NCBI GenBank assembly: GCA_043228905.1
Contig: JBHGNT010000018.1
Coordinates: forward strand, 15,934,001 to 15,998,000
Source: Azolla caroliniana
Lineage: Eukaryota > Plantae > Polypodiophyta
Direction of reading: 5' to 3'
DNA length: 64,000 nucleotides
Part shown: positions 25,222 through 38,300 of the stretch, piece by piece
How the letters are laid out: every line of letters starts with the position of its first letter
Numbering within the stretch: position 1 is the first letter of the stretch
Position numbers and translations under genes: made by a program
The notes under the pieces: model-generated
Told to the model about the DNA's origin: nothing
What the model saw: the letters and a program-made list of their open reading frames with translations, nothing else
The model's database searches: none

Positions 25222-26651
25222 TGTCACATTCTAGTATCGAACCTCTAACTTTTAACACACACACTACATTGTGTTGTGTTAACCATATGAAAACTCTTGT
25301 GATCTGTCCACATTTGATTGTGAACTTATATATATTGTAGACTCTAGTGTATAGTACATTCGAGAATATTGTAGTTGTTAGTATATTCTAGAATTATTCT
25401 ATGGTATATTCTAAACGAGTATATTCTCAAGATATTTCTCGAGTACATTCTAGAGATATTCAATCTCGGAAATTGTATAAATACTTATAACATCCTTGGT
25501 CCCTTTCAAGGGATTCAACACCAGTCATTGACACATCAATCTAGTATTCTTGTTTCGCCTCATCTTTGTCTCCTTGATCTTTATTTTTGTCTTCATGCCC
25601 TCATGTCGCTCACAACATCTAGAGTTCCTAGTCTCGTCACATCTAGGTCCAAGTTCATCCGTCGCTCGTAGCCCCATCATCTGTGTTCTGTCTAAGTCCA
25701 CACTTGATGTGTTTGTGACAGTTTGAATCCTTGTCTTGTCTCATTGATCTTTATCTTTGTCTCGTTTCTAGCCTTGTCACTTCTAGCTCTCAGTCTTTAT
25801 GCTTTCATGTCGCTCACAACATCTAGAGTTCCTAGCCTCATCACATCTAACTCTCTGTCTTCTAGCCTTATGCTCTGTCCCAGTCCATGCTTGGCGTGTC
25901 CGTGACAATTTGAAAACTAGGAGCACCACGCATCTTCGTCATCGCCTTTGCTTCTAGAGTTACCATCATCACTGTCCTTGTTTCAGGAGTTACCGTCATC
26001 AACATCCTTGTCTTCGACGTCATCATTTTCATCTGGAAGGGTTACTCCTTGTCTAGGATTTACAAAATACTTCGGAGATGGTCTAAGATTTTTATCAACA
26101 GTATCCCCTTATGCCAAGGGCCGATTTAGGAAGGTGGTGTAAGAGGGGGGATAATGTCACATTCTAGTCTTGAACTTTGACTTTTAACACACACAATACA
26201 TTGTGTTGTGTTAACCATGTAGAAACTCTTGTGATTGTCCACATTTGATTGTGAACTTGTATATATTGTAGACTCTAGTGTATAGTACATTTGAGAATAT
26301 TCTAGATGTTAGTATATTCTAGAATTATTCTGTGGTATATTCTAAATGGGTATATTCTCAAGATAATTCTCGAGTATATTATAAAGATATTCAATCTTAG
26401 AAATTGTATAAATACTTATAACATCCTTGGTCCCTTTCAAGGGATTCAACACCAGTCATTGACACATCAATCTAGTATTCTCGTTTCGCCTCATCTTTGT
26501 CTCCTTGATCTGTATTTCTGTCTTCATGCCCTCATGTCGCTCACAACATCTAGAGTTCCTAGTCTCGTCACATCTAGGTCCAAGTTCATCCGTCGCTCGT
26601 AGCCCCATCATCTGTGTTCTATCCGAGTCCGTGCTTGGTGTGTTCGTGACA
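25222..26651 (+). mobile_element. Non-autonomous mini LTR element (TRIM-like, probably a Tcn1/Tf1-type derivative); LTRs 25222-25720 and 26155-26651
   Basis: LTRs TGTCAC...GTGACA of about 498 bp; TSD CGTAG (25217-25221) / CATAG (26652-26656); PPT AAGAGGGGGGATAA before LTR2; 434-bp non-coding interior; no tRNA-type PBS. Confidence 0.9.
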
Positions 26652-27882
26652 CATAGAGTTTTGTTTCATGATATTAGGTCATTTAAATTTCATCTTCCAA
26701 CATAATTTCAAAGCACAAAATAACATAACATACTCTATATCATAACTAGTTTTTGCATTGTGCTTTCTTACACCCTCTTGCCAAACAACCTCTCCTTCGA
26801 GTTCTTGATAGCAAACCCACCCACACCATACATGTAGATTGGTAGAAAGGCTAAACAAACTATCAAGTACAAATATTTCAAATGTTGAGTTTGAGAAGAG
26901 CCATTTTAAGGCGTACAAGCACATGAGAATAAGTTAAAGCACCCAACTCCATGGACATGGAGGCCTTTACGTTGACGTTATGATCAACCACTTTATGAAG
27001 AAGCACTCGCTTTGTGATGTGAGATGAGATGGTTACAAGTTGCAACACGTGGACCATGATAAATCATGAAAATACATAAGATTCTCTAAGCATTTCAGCA
27101 CATTTCAACTACAAGATTTTTTAAGCAATACTTTTGTTTTGTTTCCATTCTGACATCCAATATCAATGCTACTGAAATTACAAACCTAAAGAACCAATCA
27201 CATGCCCCTAACCATAGTAAACATACCTTAAAATATTATAGTCAATCAATTTAATAAAAAGCTATAAAACTAACCCTTACCAAGGGGCAAGGGATTTCCA
27301 AGAAATGGTGCATACTTTATGCCTTAACAACATGAAGAGAATGAGTTAAACACACAAACAAGACCAATAAAAACATCATCTTCTTTAAAGTGGACTTTGA
27401 AGGCTACGATAGACTAGACTAGAGTGACACTTCATTCTCCAAAGCTCCCAAGACATGCAATGTGGTAGAAAGTTTTACACCATGAGTGATAAAACACCTT
27501 TCCAAAGGTTGAAATTAATTGTTGGTTGCTTGCTTCTTACTTTGGAGATTTAAAGACAAGGACGCCCCTTGTCCCTCTACTTCATGCCATTGCCTCTAAT
27601 GATTTGGCTAGTTAAGGTTCAAGAGGAAGATGCAGCTCCAATGACTCATTCTTCCAAGGATAAAACAATCATTGACTACAACAAAAACAATTACCGTTCT
27701 ATTGTTCGGCTTTGAGAATGCCCTAGGCTTGAGGAGCCTAAAGGATTAGATTGAATATATCTATAGTAAGACCATAAGAATTTGGAACTATATCAAGCAA
27801 CATGACTCACTTTAACTTGTCATAGGATGAAGTAGGGTGGGGTTGGGCTCTCCTAGTAAGTCAGGTTGCAACCTTGTAACTG

Positions 27883-28179
27883 CCCTCTTCTTTTCAATAT
27901 ATTAATTGGTACCAATGCTTTATAAACAAAGTATAATGACAAATTTGACACTTAAAGCAAATTTTCAATATTTAATGAGTGAGGTATGTATGTACACAAT
28001 TTAGAATATCACATTTTTCCCTATAATATCCCTCTTCTTTTCAATATATTGATTGGTACCAATGTTTTATAAACAAAGTATAATGACAAATTTGACACTT
28101 AAGGCAAATTTTCAATATTTATATGAGTAAGGTATGTACACAATTTAGAATATCACCTTTCCCCCCCCCTATAATATCC
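27883..28179. repeat. Tandem duplication, two copies of about 147 bp
   Basis: CCCTCTTCTTTTCAATATATT...CTATAATATCC occurs at 27883 and 28030. Confidence 0.9.
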
Positions 28180-30415
28180 TTGATTCTTACAGTTATATAG
28201 TTTATTTGATGCTTACACAAAGTACATATGGGATTTTTATGGACTTACACACACACACAAACAAACTCACACATACACAAACTCACATGAACATATTTTC
28301 ATGTATTCCATTGCAAACCATTCTATTATTGAAGTTCTGTACGACTAGAGAGGATACGAATTTGTAGGGAAAATCTGCATCACATTTCATTGTTAAGCAG
28401 TGGATCAAAATTCAATTGGGCAATACTCAATTTTAAGGGAAACCTTGAGTTGTGACATTCAAATTGTACTAAACAAATTTTGGTTTGTACAGTTTGATGT
28501 CACATGCACGTTTACAATACAATCACTCTCATATTATGTCTAACATCACTTAATCATATGTTTTACCAATAATATCTTATGTTTTCGTATATGTGTGTTT
28601 ATGAACACATATTTTAACGATTTGTGTGTGACGTGGCCCATTATATGATTTATCTACATCTATTAGAACATAGCATATGTATGCAATATAATTTGCTTTC
28701 CATCAAGAATAGGTGCACGACAACCAATTAGAAGGAAGAATGGTTGAAGTTACGGAAAATCATGTTGTTTATAGTTTTGCAACAACATTAAGTTGGTGAA
28801 ATAAGTTTCTCCTATTTCCATGGAGAAAGGAGATATATCAATCATCAATAAGTTTGTCCTTCCAACCCTTGTTGGAATGATGGGAAAATGGAAATTTATC
28901 ATCATCGATTTCAAAGAAGGATAGCTAGTCAACTCATGATAATATAAAACACAAGCTCTCTCTTTTATCTCTCTATAAAAGGAGAATGATGATACTTGTG
29001 CCCGTAAAGACAAAACATTGAAAGGATTTACCGCATGGTAGGAATAATTTGGAAATTGACTTTAAGCACCGAAGGACAGAGCGGAGCCAGTTGCCTTGCT
29101 ACCTTCATATGTGGCCAAATATTCCATTTTATCCCTAGGGAGACAACATATGCCTATGTGACAAAAAGGGCAAATAGATCTGTCTAGAACTTTCAATTCA
29201 ATTTTGAATTTTGAATAAAGGCAAGTGTTGATGTTTGTAAAAGGTGAAAAAATCATTGTTTATTTTTTCTTTCATTCGTTCTTTAGAATGTCGTAACTTG
29301 ATAATGTATATTTGCGCATGCTTTAGGAGAAAACAAGACTACTTTCTAGATAGAATTTATTTGCTTGATTTTGAATTCTTGTTGACGCCCATATGCATGC
29401 ACACGATGTTTCAATTCATGAATATCAATATATGCACTGTGTGAGCATCTTTAATGGCACCTATCCATGTTGACAACCTCCCAATGCATGTATATGCATG
29501 ACTATTGCTTGCTACCAATGTTTGCATTGAAGTGTGGCCATGAGCTAGGCATGGGCCAAGTTGAAATTCAATTTGTCACAATCAATGATGCCATATATAA
29601 CTTGGAATCTGGATGAGCTTAAGTTCTTCACAATCTTAATGAGCTTAAGTTCTTCACAAAGTCATTAAATTGAAGCCTAACAATCTACATATGATGTTTT
29701 GGGATGCACGGCCTTCCTTGTATTGAACAAATTTTCCAGATTTATTTTTTGTGTGATTCTAAGCACTATTTTGCACATTGATATAACATTTGCATGTTTT
29801 CACCTCACTTTAGCAACCCTCATGAGTAATATAAGTTATTTACTTAAGGAATTAAGTTGGATTCTTTGATAAGTGGTTCATTGAAATATACACAATGCTC
29901 ATAATCCCAAAATCCCTCAATCGAGAGACTATGGATGTTGCACGTGTAACATTGTCAATATCTTTCCTTTGGATCAACTTAAAACTACCAACGAGTAACA
30001 TTACTTCCTCCCTCACATATAAGCATGTACAAGTCAAAAGGCCTCTTGGTGCAATAAAAGATTAGAAATAACGTGGGCCTCTATCATACAATTAAAGGAG
30101 GAGGCATTCTTGTGCCTTGCATTCATAGCGTTTTCGTATTAACTACTTTATGGTGAAGAAACATAACTTCATTCATGCGCAACGGTCCAGAACCATATCA
30201 ATGTTTGATTGACCACTATAAATCAAAATAAAAGGCTTCAAGCACATGGCAATAATCTTGGACATGTGCGAATCCTATATACGCACATCATTGCTAAAAA
30301 GTTCATGTGGATATATAAATCTAGTGAAAATGACTCCCATTCGTGAAGGCTTTCTTACTACATAATACTGGTACTTGTCGGGTTTTATTCTTGACATATA
30401 TGTATTACTTTCTTC

Positions 30416-30651
30416 CAATCATATGTCAAATTTAGTATAATAAACATCCCATAATAATGCCTTCATGTTTGCCAAATATTACACCCCAATAGCAATCATA
30501 TGTCAAATTTAGTATAATAAACATCCCATAATAATGCCTTCATGTTTGCCAAATATTACAGCCCAATAGCAATCATATGTCAAATTTAGTATAATGAACA
30601 TCCCATAATAATGCCTTCATGTTTCCCAAATATTACACCCCCATAGCAATC
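30416..30651. repeat. Minisatellite, three copies of 77 bp (plus a diverged copy near 30760-30810)
   Basis: CAATCATATGTCAAATTTAGTATAA starts at 30416, 30493 and 30570. Confidence 0.92.
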
Positions 30652-33600
30652 GATCCAATGCACATATAATTTAGAATTCATATGTTTGCACATATCACCA
30701 TTGAATTTAGTTCTTGAAATCTACTTTCATTCTAGATTCATAGTGCTATATAATTGACAACCCATGATAATGCCTTCATGTTTACCAAATATTACATCCC
30801 AATAGCAATTGGTTGAATGCTCTAACCATTAAGAGTTCACGTGTTTGAACATATTAACCTTGAATTTTGGTCTCAAAATCTACTTGCACTTTGGATTCAT
30901 AGTGCAAAATCTCTAGATTCAAAATACTAATCCTAAACTCAATTCAAAAGTATATTTTTTCTTTGTGGATGGTAATATGGGACATTTACCAAAATGATGC
31001 AATCCCCAAGTGTTGTTGACATGATATATTCTACATGTTTCTTGGACCATTTGAATCATGGTAAATAAAAATGTAGTGTATGCTACGAGGATGGAGCCAA
31101 ACTAGTGACCTTGCTTGAGGTTGCAACATGCATAATATACATAACATGCATTCTAATGATAATGCTTGCGAAATATCTTAGTCAATTATCACAAGGAGAG
31201 ACGTAGAAGAATGCCATCGATAAACTTCGTTTTTTAATGCTTATCAAACTAAAGAATCTCCTTCAATAAGGATCTCAAATCACCCAACTACATTGTGTTT
31301 ATTGCCTCACATATGTTAATTCTTTCTCAACCACAATCAAAATCGAGAATAAGATTCACAATATGAGATTCTAAGTTCTCAACAAAGACGAACATTTTAA
31401 AGTATAAGAACATGAGAAAGTCCCATAGTCTTGCTACCTCCTACAGTATATGCTCCCTCACACTGTAAATTTTTAAAAAGCAATGCTTACCAAAGAAGTT
31501 ACCGAGAAACTCGACAATTTCTATGAGATGTTTATTTCTCAAATTCAAGAATGATTTCCCTTATGAAAGATAATCTACTATCCTCGATAGAGATAGTAGA
31601 AAACAAGCAATTCCACACAATCCAATGCATTATAAGTTGTAAACAAAATAAATTGAGTTGAATGAGAATGGTCTAAAATTTACTCTCACATATGATTTCT
31701 TAATTACATTCTATTACTCTAAACATAATACATTATATGTACGCATAAAACAATTTCTACTATAAAAATATTGCATGAATAACATTAATTTGCTACAAGG
31801 AGGTGATTGCTTGTGTAGGGATTCGGGAAGATGATGACTCTATAGTTGGAAACATTTGCAACATAATGTATATGAAGCAAAAGTCTTCCAATATCCCAAC
31901 GAGCTCCAACCCCACAAAATCATCATCTTCATTTTCGAGGATAAAGAAAATATAATGCATCCTAACTTACAAGTCACATCTTGATGTATTATCCCACCTT
32001 GAGCCACTTAACTACTCTTGCAATAAAATAGCTAAGCTATATATACCTTAAAAATATGGGCTATCTCAAGTTATTGCCATTGCTCTATATGTCATGCATA
32101 GTAAATCTCTATACACAAAGTTTCATGGATATTGTCGAGATACTTGTTCTCAAGTATTCAAACCTCTTACAAATACTACATCTTTAACAACAACATGCTA
32201 GTCACCAACAATTAGTTAGTACTAAGAAAGAAAGCATATAAATATGATAGTTATATCATCTTAAACTACAAACACACATATAATGGGCATTTAAGTATAA
32301 ACAAGATTGAAAATATAGGAAAAGCACGGGGTTGTCCACAAGGTCTTAGGCAAGAGTAAAAAAATAATCAATAAAAAGTGGTAAAAAACATGGACCAAAC
32401 GGTGCTTGTCTTTAAAGCAACAACATGGGGGGAGGATTTTAGAGACATTTACAAACTTCAAATCCGTTGAGAAAGGTACGCAAAAAGGGCGATTTTGAAA
32501 AAAGAATAAGGATCGGTGTATTTTTCAAAAAGTGTCAAACGTAGAATATGAGTTTTTTTTAAAAATTAAACAATGTGAACAAAAGGATTTAGAAAACAGT
32601 GGAGGAAAGCAAAACCAACAACAAGGTGTACAACAATGCACGATTCACACAGAGAAGGCTCCTTTTTTGGTTTTCAATTTAAGCTAAATAAAGAACATCT
32701 ATCCTCTCTCTATATCTCCTCTTCTTTTGTTCACTTTATAATTATCCTTGGAAAACCCTTCCTATCCCCTCGACATTCTGTCACTCTTTGCCATGCGTGG
32801 AAATTTTCACACAATCCAAAACACAAACACAGACAATTCATCATTCTTTGTTCTTTCGTCAACATTTCCCCCTTCAACTCCTACTTCATTTCATTCGACT
32901 AACTTTTGACCCCCTCACACCTCTCTTTCTCTCAAAGAATCCGAGTCTCAATCTCAACCTCTCACATAAACATTCGCATGCGCGCGCACACACACACACA
33001 CAAAATGTGCGTGTATGTGTGTGTGTCAGACAAATCATGTACCAATATTATTAATTTGATAGAATCAATATCCCTCATTTCTCAAAGGCATGCAAACATA
33101 ATCATACTATACTTCAACAAGTTCATAACCCCATGCACAATATGCGGCGTGTGTGTGTAAGACGTTGACAATGATGTTTTCTTTCCTAAATATGAATAAA
33201 ATGCACATGTATAGGAAATGTAGTCCCATCATACAAGTGTGATATAACATTCGTGAAGGAACATATTTTGGCAAGGCCACAATCCTATGTAAGGTACATA
33301 TTTTAACAAGACCACAATCATTACTTCCTAGAGCTTTCAACTTCTTTCTAAGCATGCATATGGCTTAACTAGCCTTCTATTTTGTTAGCATTGCCTTAGG
33401 CTTTTAGTTTTTTAGCATTGCCGTAGGATGTAGTCAAATCAGTCCATTTCACTTGACTACCTATCAATTTGTTTAACACTACCTTAGCCTATTAATTTTG
33501 TAGCATTGCCTTAACAATACTAAAGAAATATATAAGGTTAGTCATGTCACATAAGCTGCAAATAGTGAAAATTGCAGTCTTGTTAAAGTATGTGAGTTGT

Positions 33601-34539
33601 ATGGAATGGGATGCAAGGTCCTTCGTCAAGTAAAGATACACCTATCACGAGTTCTAAGATTATGTTTTTGGATTTGCAATGAATACTATGGAATGTGGGA
33701 ATTAATATAAAGGAACTATAAATATTGAATCAATTTTCCTGTTTATTTCTTGAAACTTAAGAGTCAAGGTTTATATACATACTATTATTGGCTCTCCATG
33801 ATATGAACAAAAAATTGAAGTCAACGAAGCGGACAATGAAGGGATGATGTGCTTGATTAAGAAGGTATTTTATTGTTAATGATAGTATGGACTCGTAAAC
33901 ATTGAATATGGTTGAAATATAACGATACTAAATGACATTCATATTTTCATATCACGGGCCAACATTTTATCCATCGATTAGATGCTATATGTCATTTCTC
34001 AAGTCAAAGTCAAGGGAAATTTATTAGTGACAGGAGTACATGCATACAGACTTTATAACATAACACACATTAATCCCTCATTGTGCTACTTTATCAAATG
34101 ACATGGATGGATTCACATTAGAAAACATGATGGAAACAATGGATAGAGTATATGGAAATGGCAAAAATGATCTTGGATCATATAGAGAACTTGGCCAATG
34201 GAACCAAATCAAAAGACTTTATATATTGGTCTTAAGTGACGAATTTGATCATGTATAGTTCAATTATAGTGGAAGACAAACACACACTTTAAAAGAGCAT
34301 ATATATATATATATATATACCAAGATAGTCAAGGAGATGATACAAAAGACAAAGTTCCAAAATGATATAATGCTAAAATGCAAGTAGGAAGCTTTTAAGC
34401 AACTTGTTTGTTCGAGCATAAACCCTAATTATATTATGTGAAGCACACGTCTCATAAAAATGCATCAACAAACGTAACAAGGAATACTAAGAAGGTTGAA
34501 ACTACTTAGTAAGTTTGGGCATGTTTAATGATATGATAA

Positions 34540-35240
34540 ATAATTAAATTTATTCTAGTTTTGTTGGAGTTAAGGGTCGGGTGAGTTTTGGTTGTTTTTA
34601 TTTGATAGTTTTGGAGTTGTTCCTCCAAGTTGTATATGTTGATCCCATTGTTTTGAGTAAACTTTGTTGTATTCTATTTTCTAACTAATGCGAAGTAGTG
34701 TTTTTTTGGAAAAAAAAGAAAAAAGTAAAGAGTTAATAAAAAGTTAGAGGATAATACCGGAAGTTAATTGAAAATTTCTCCAAACCCAAGAGAAAGCATG
34801 CAACATATGGTAAATTTGGAGAAACCTAAAGGGGAAGCATGTTCTTGTTAGGGATCAATACCTCAATGCCAACATATGCTTGGCTCGAGAACCTATCAAT
34901 TTGGAAAAATACGTTACATGTTTCCCAATTAGAGAAACAATTTTCTTGGGGGTGATTTTTGGGCTCCTTGACTACGACCTCTAAGAGGGCCTAACCGTTT
35001 GGATAAAAAATAAGTTAAAGATGGATATGCAAGCTTGGTTAGAGAGACCATCTATGGAGTACATGACTCATGCACTTGTGTGCTCTTTAAATTATGTGGG
35101 TGGAGTAGCTCCTGAGATCAACACCATCACTATGAATCTCCTTGAAGCAGGTTAACAATGTCTCACTTCATTCTAGAATTGTTCTTCTTTGTGGGTCACC
35201 TATGGCACTTTGGAAGGGCTCGTGTAGTTAGAACCCGGTT
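34540..35240 (+). mobile_element. Decayed LINE relics (3' end with A-rich tail near 34710-34726; ORF2 C-terminal motif near 35195-35225)
   Basis: CTAACTAATGCGAAGTAG followed by an A-rich tail, like 11883; a frameshifted VT-LWH-WK-ARC-like motif, like 11410. Confidence 0.35.
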
Positions 35241-35337
35241 CGAAAAAGGATTCATCATGAATCATGATGTGGGTGTCCTAAGATGCTTTTAGTAGCTACC
35301 AACTCCACACTTGGTTACCCTAAGTCATTGTCTAAAT

Positions 35338-38300
35338 TGTAAGAATCTGAGCTATATGACACACAAAATACCAACGGAAGGAAAAAACAGGTTTAATGGA
35401 GAGATTAAGACATGATGTATGCGGGAGAGACAAAGAGGGAAACAAATACACAGAAGAAACCTGAACTAAAAAATTATGTGTAAAACTTTGTACATAGGAT
35501 GTGCTCAAGGAGCACTTTTATACAAGTCCATACGGACTGACAGAAGTACTGACACGTACTTCAATGCTCATAACTGAGCTCCTACACTAACTCCCAAATA
35601 TATGCCCTCGCGGAATATCTGTTCAACGGCTTCTTGTTGTGCACCGGTTTGCGCACCGATCCGACCAATGTTGAGCTTGTATCTCAACACTCCCCCTCAA
35701 GCTCAACTTGAGGCTCTTCCGGTCCTTCGCTCCGGTTTCTCTTGGCTTCATGCCTCGCTCGTGCTCCTCAACCCGTTCGATTCCGCGCGCCTCGGCCCTT
35801 ACGGTCAGCTTGTCTACTCGTGCGGCCTTTTCCAGCTCCCTTGCTGTCACGGTGTTGGTGCCTCTTATGCTGCCCTTTATTCCATTTGGCCTTCAGTTGA
35901 TTCGGCGTCTCCGAATTAAACATCCGAGCTGAATCAGCTGTCTCCAATTTGTCTCCGCTTTTGTCCAAATTGGTTGTCTCTAATTTGTCCTCAATCTTGG
36001 CCTTCTCGTCCCTGTTGGCTTCATCTCCCCCATGTTTGGCTGGTTCCGACTCTTTCTTTCGGCAGCTGCCATCTCGTCCGCTTCCAGGCTCTTTTGAGGA
36101 TCCGCCTTCGACTTCTTCAGCCGACACTAAATCGAATTCGTCATCCGATTTGATGTCACGGTCACTTCCGCTCCTTTCCTGCTCCTTTCCTTGGTCTTGC
36201 AGGACTTTTCTCCCCCTCAAGTTCGGCATGTCTAGGTGTCGCAACCCAAGCGCACTTGAGAATTGCCACAACTTGTTTAGACCAAGGGGCTTGGTGAAAA
36301 TGTTGGCGGTCTGCCGATTCGTCAGAACATACTGAAGTTCGACTTCACTAGAGAAGACACACTCGCTGACAAAGTGGTAGTGCACCTCAATGTGCTTAGT
36401 CCGGGCGTGGAAGATGAGGTTCTTCGCAAGTTGGATGCTGCTGAGGTTGTCGCAGTAGATCATCGTTGGATCGGACACCTCCACCTGCAGATCCTTAAGT
36501 AGCCGCTTCAGCCATATGGCTTCGCATGTTGCGACAACCGCTCCTCGATACTTGGCCTCTATGCTCAACCATGCAACTATCGACTGCTTCTTGCTACTCC
36601 ACGCGATCACGGCGCTCCCAAGGGAGAACACGAATCCGGATGTGGATCGACGATCACCGACGTTTCCGGCCTAGTTGACATCCGTATAGCCAACTAGCTG
36701 CACAACAGTACCGGTTCGATATAGTAGCCCCCGATCCTTAGTGCCACTGACGTACCTGAGTACGCGTTGCGTGCACTGAAGGTGTTCCTCGGTTGGCCGC
36801 GCCATGAACTGACTAATCAAGCCGACTGGGTAACTGAGGTCCGACCGGGTGATAGTCAAGTATATGAGGCTTCCGACAATCTGTCGAAACCTTTTCGGGT
36901 CGCAGACCTTTCCGGAGTCGGGGCGAAGCTTCATGGTTTTGTCTAGGGGAGTTGAGACGAACTTACAGTCTGCCATCCCAAACTTGAAGAGCATACTCAG
37001 GACGTAATGCCGTTGGCTGATCAATATGACTTCAGGGGTTCAGACCACTTCGATCCCGAGAAAGTAATGAAGGTCCCCTAGGTCCTTCATATCAAATGAT
37101 GCCGCAAGCTGGAGCTTTACGCGGTCAATTTCACCTAGGTCGACGCCGACGATGACCAAATCATCCACATAAAGTAAAATACTAACCGGCCCAAGTCAAC
37201 CTTGCCGGACGAACAATGAAGAGTCCAATTGGGCGTTGCAAATCCCATCCGATGCAATCGCTGCGTGATCTTCGCGTTCCAAGCACTTGAGGCTTGCTTT
37301 AGTCTGTAAAGGGACTTCTTCAACCAGCATACCGCCGAAGTGTTCGTTCCGGAGTGAAATCTGGGGGGTTGTACCATGTATACTTGTTCCTCAAGCTCGC
37401 CTTGCAAGAACACATTCTTTACATCCATCTGATGTAAGTGCCACCCCTTCGCCACAACGACTGAAAGCAAAACACGGACGTTCGTCATCTTTGCGACCAA
37501 CGCAAACGTCTCATCGTAATCGATGCCGTGTTGTTGCGCATAGCCCTTTGCTACTAACCGGGCCTTGTATCGGTTGACTGAGCCGTCGATGTTGTACTTG
37601 ACCTTGTACACCCACCTGCATCCAATCGGGTTTACACCCTTGGGGGCATCAACCAGGTCCCAGGTTTCATTCTCCGCAAGTGCGTTCATCTCTTCCTCCA
37701 TGGTGGCATGCCAATTTGCATCCTTTGCCGCTTCTGCGTAGCTCTCCGGCTCACGCACTTCCGCTACGCGTGTCATGTACGCATAGTGATGCGCCATGTA
37801 CTCGTTGTATCTGAACCGCACAACAGGGTTCTTTTGGTGGGTAGATCAACGTAATTGCGCATTAGCTGATGTTGAGGCCATTCTGGCTGACGCGGACTTC
37901 GCTCTTGAAGGCCCGTCATCGCTGTTCTCGGAGTCGGATTCACGTTGATCTGACTTGTCCCTGTCTGTGTTGTACTCCAACATCTTCTTCTTTCCCTTTT
38001 CTTTGCACGTAAGCGGTCTCTTCGGCTTCCTGTGCGGGGAATGCACGCCCGAGTCTCCACTACTCACCAACTCTTCATTTGACTGGTCAAACCGAATCAG
38101 TCGCTCATTCAATCCACTTAGCCGAAATGAGATCTGACTCTCTTCAAGAGTTCCGACTTCGCGTTCATTAGGAGGCATCTCAGCCTCACTGACCTCATCT
38201 TTAGAACTCAGATTGGAACTGAGGTCCAAAGTCGGAGGCAAATACCAAGACACGGACTCATTGAACACAACATCGCGACTTATGCGAGCTTGTTTGGTTT

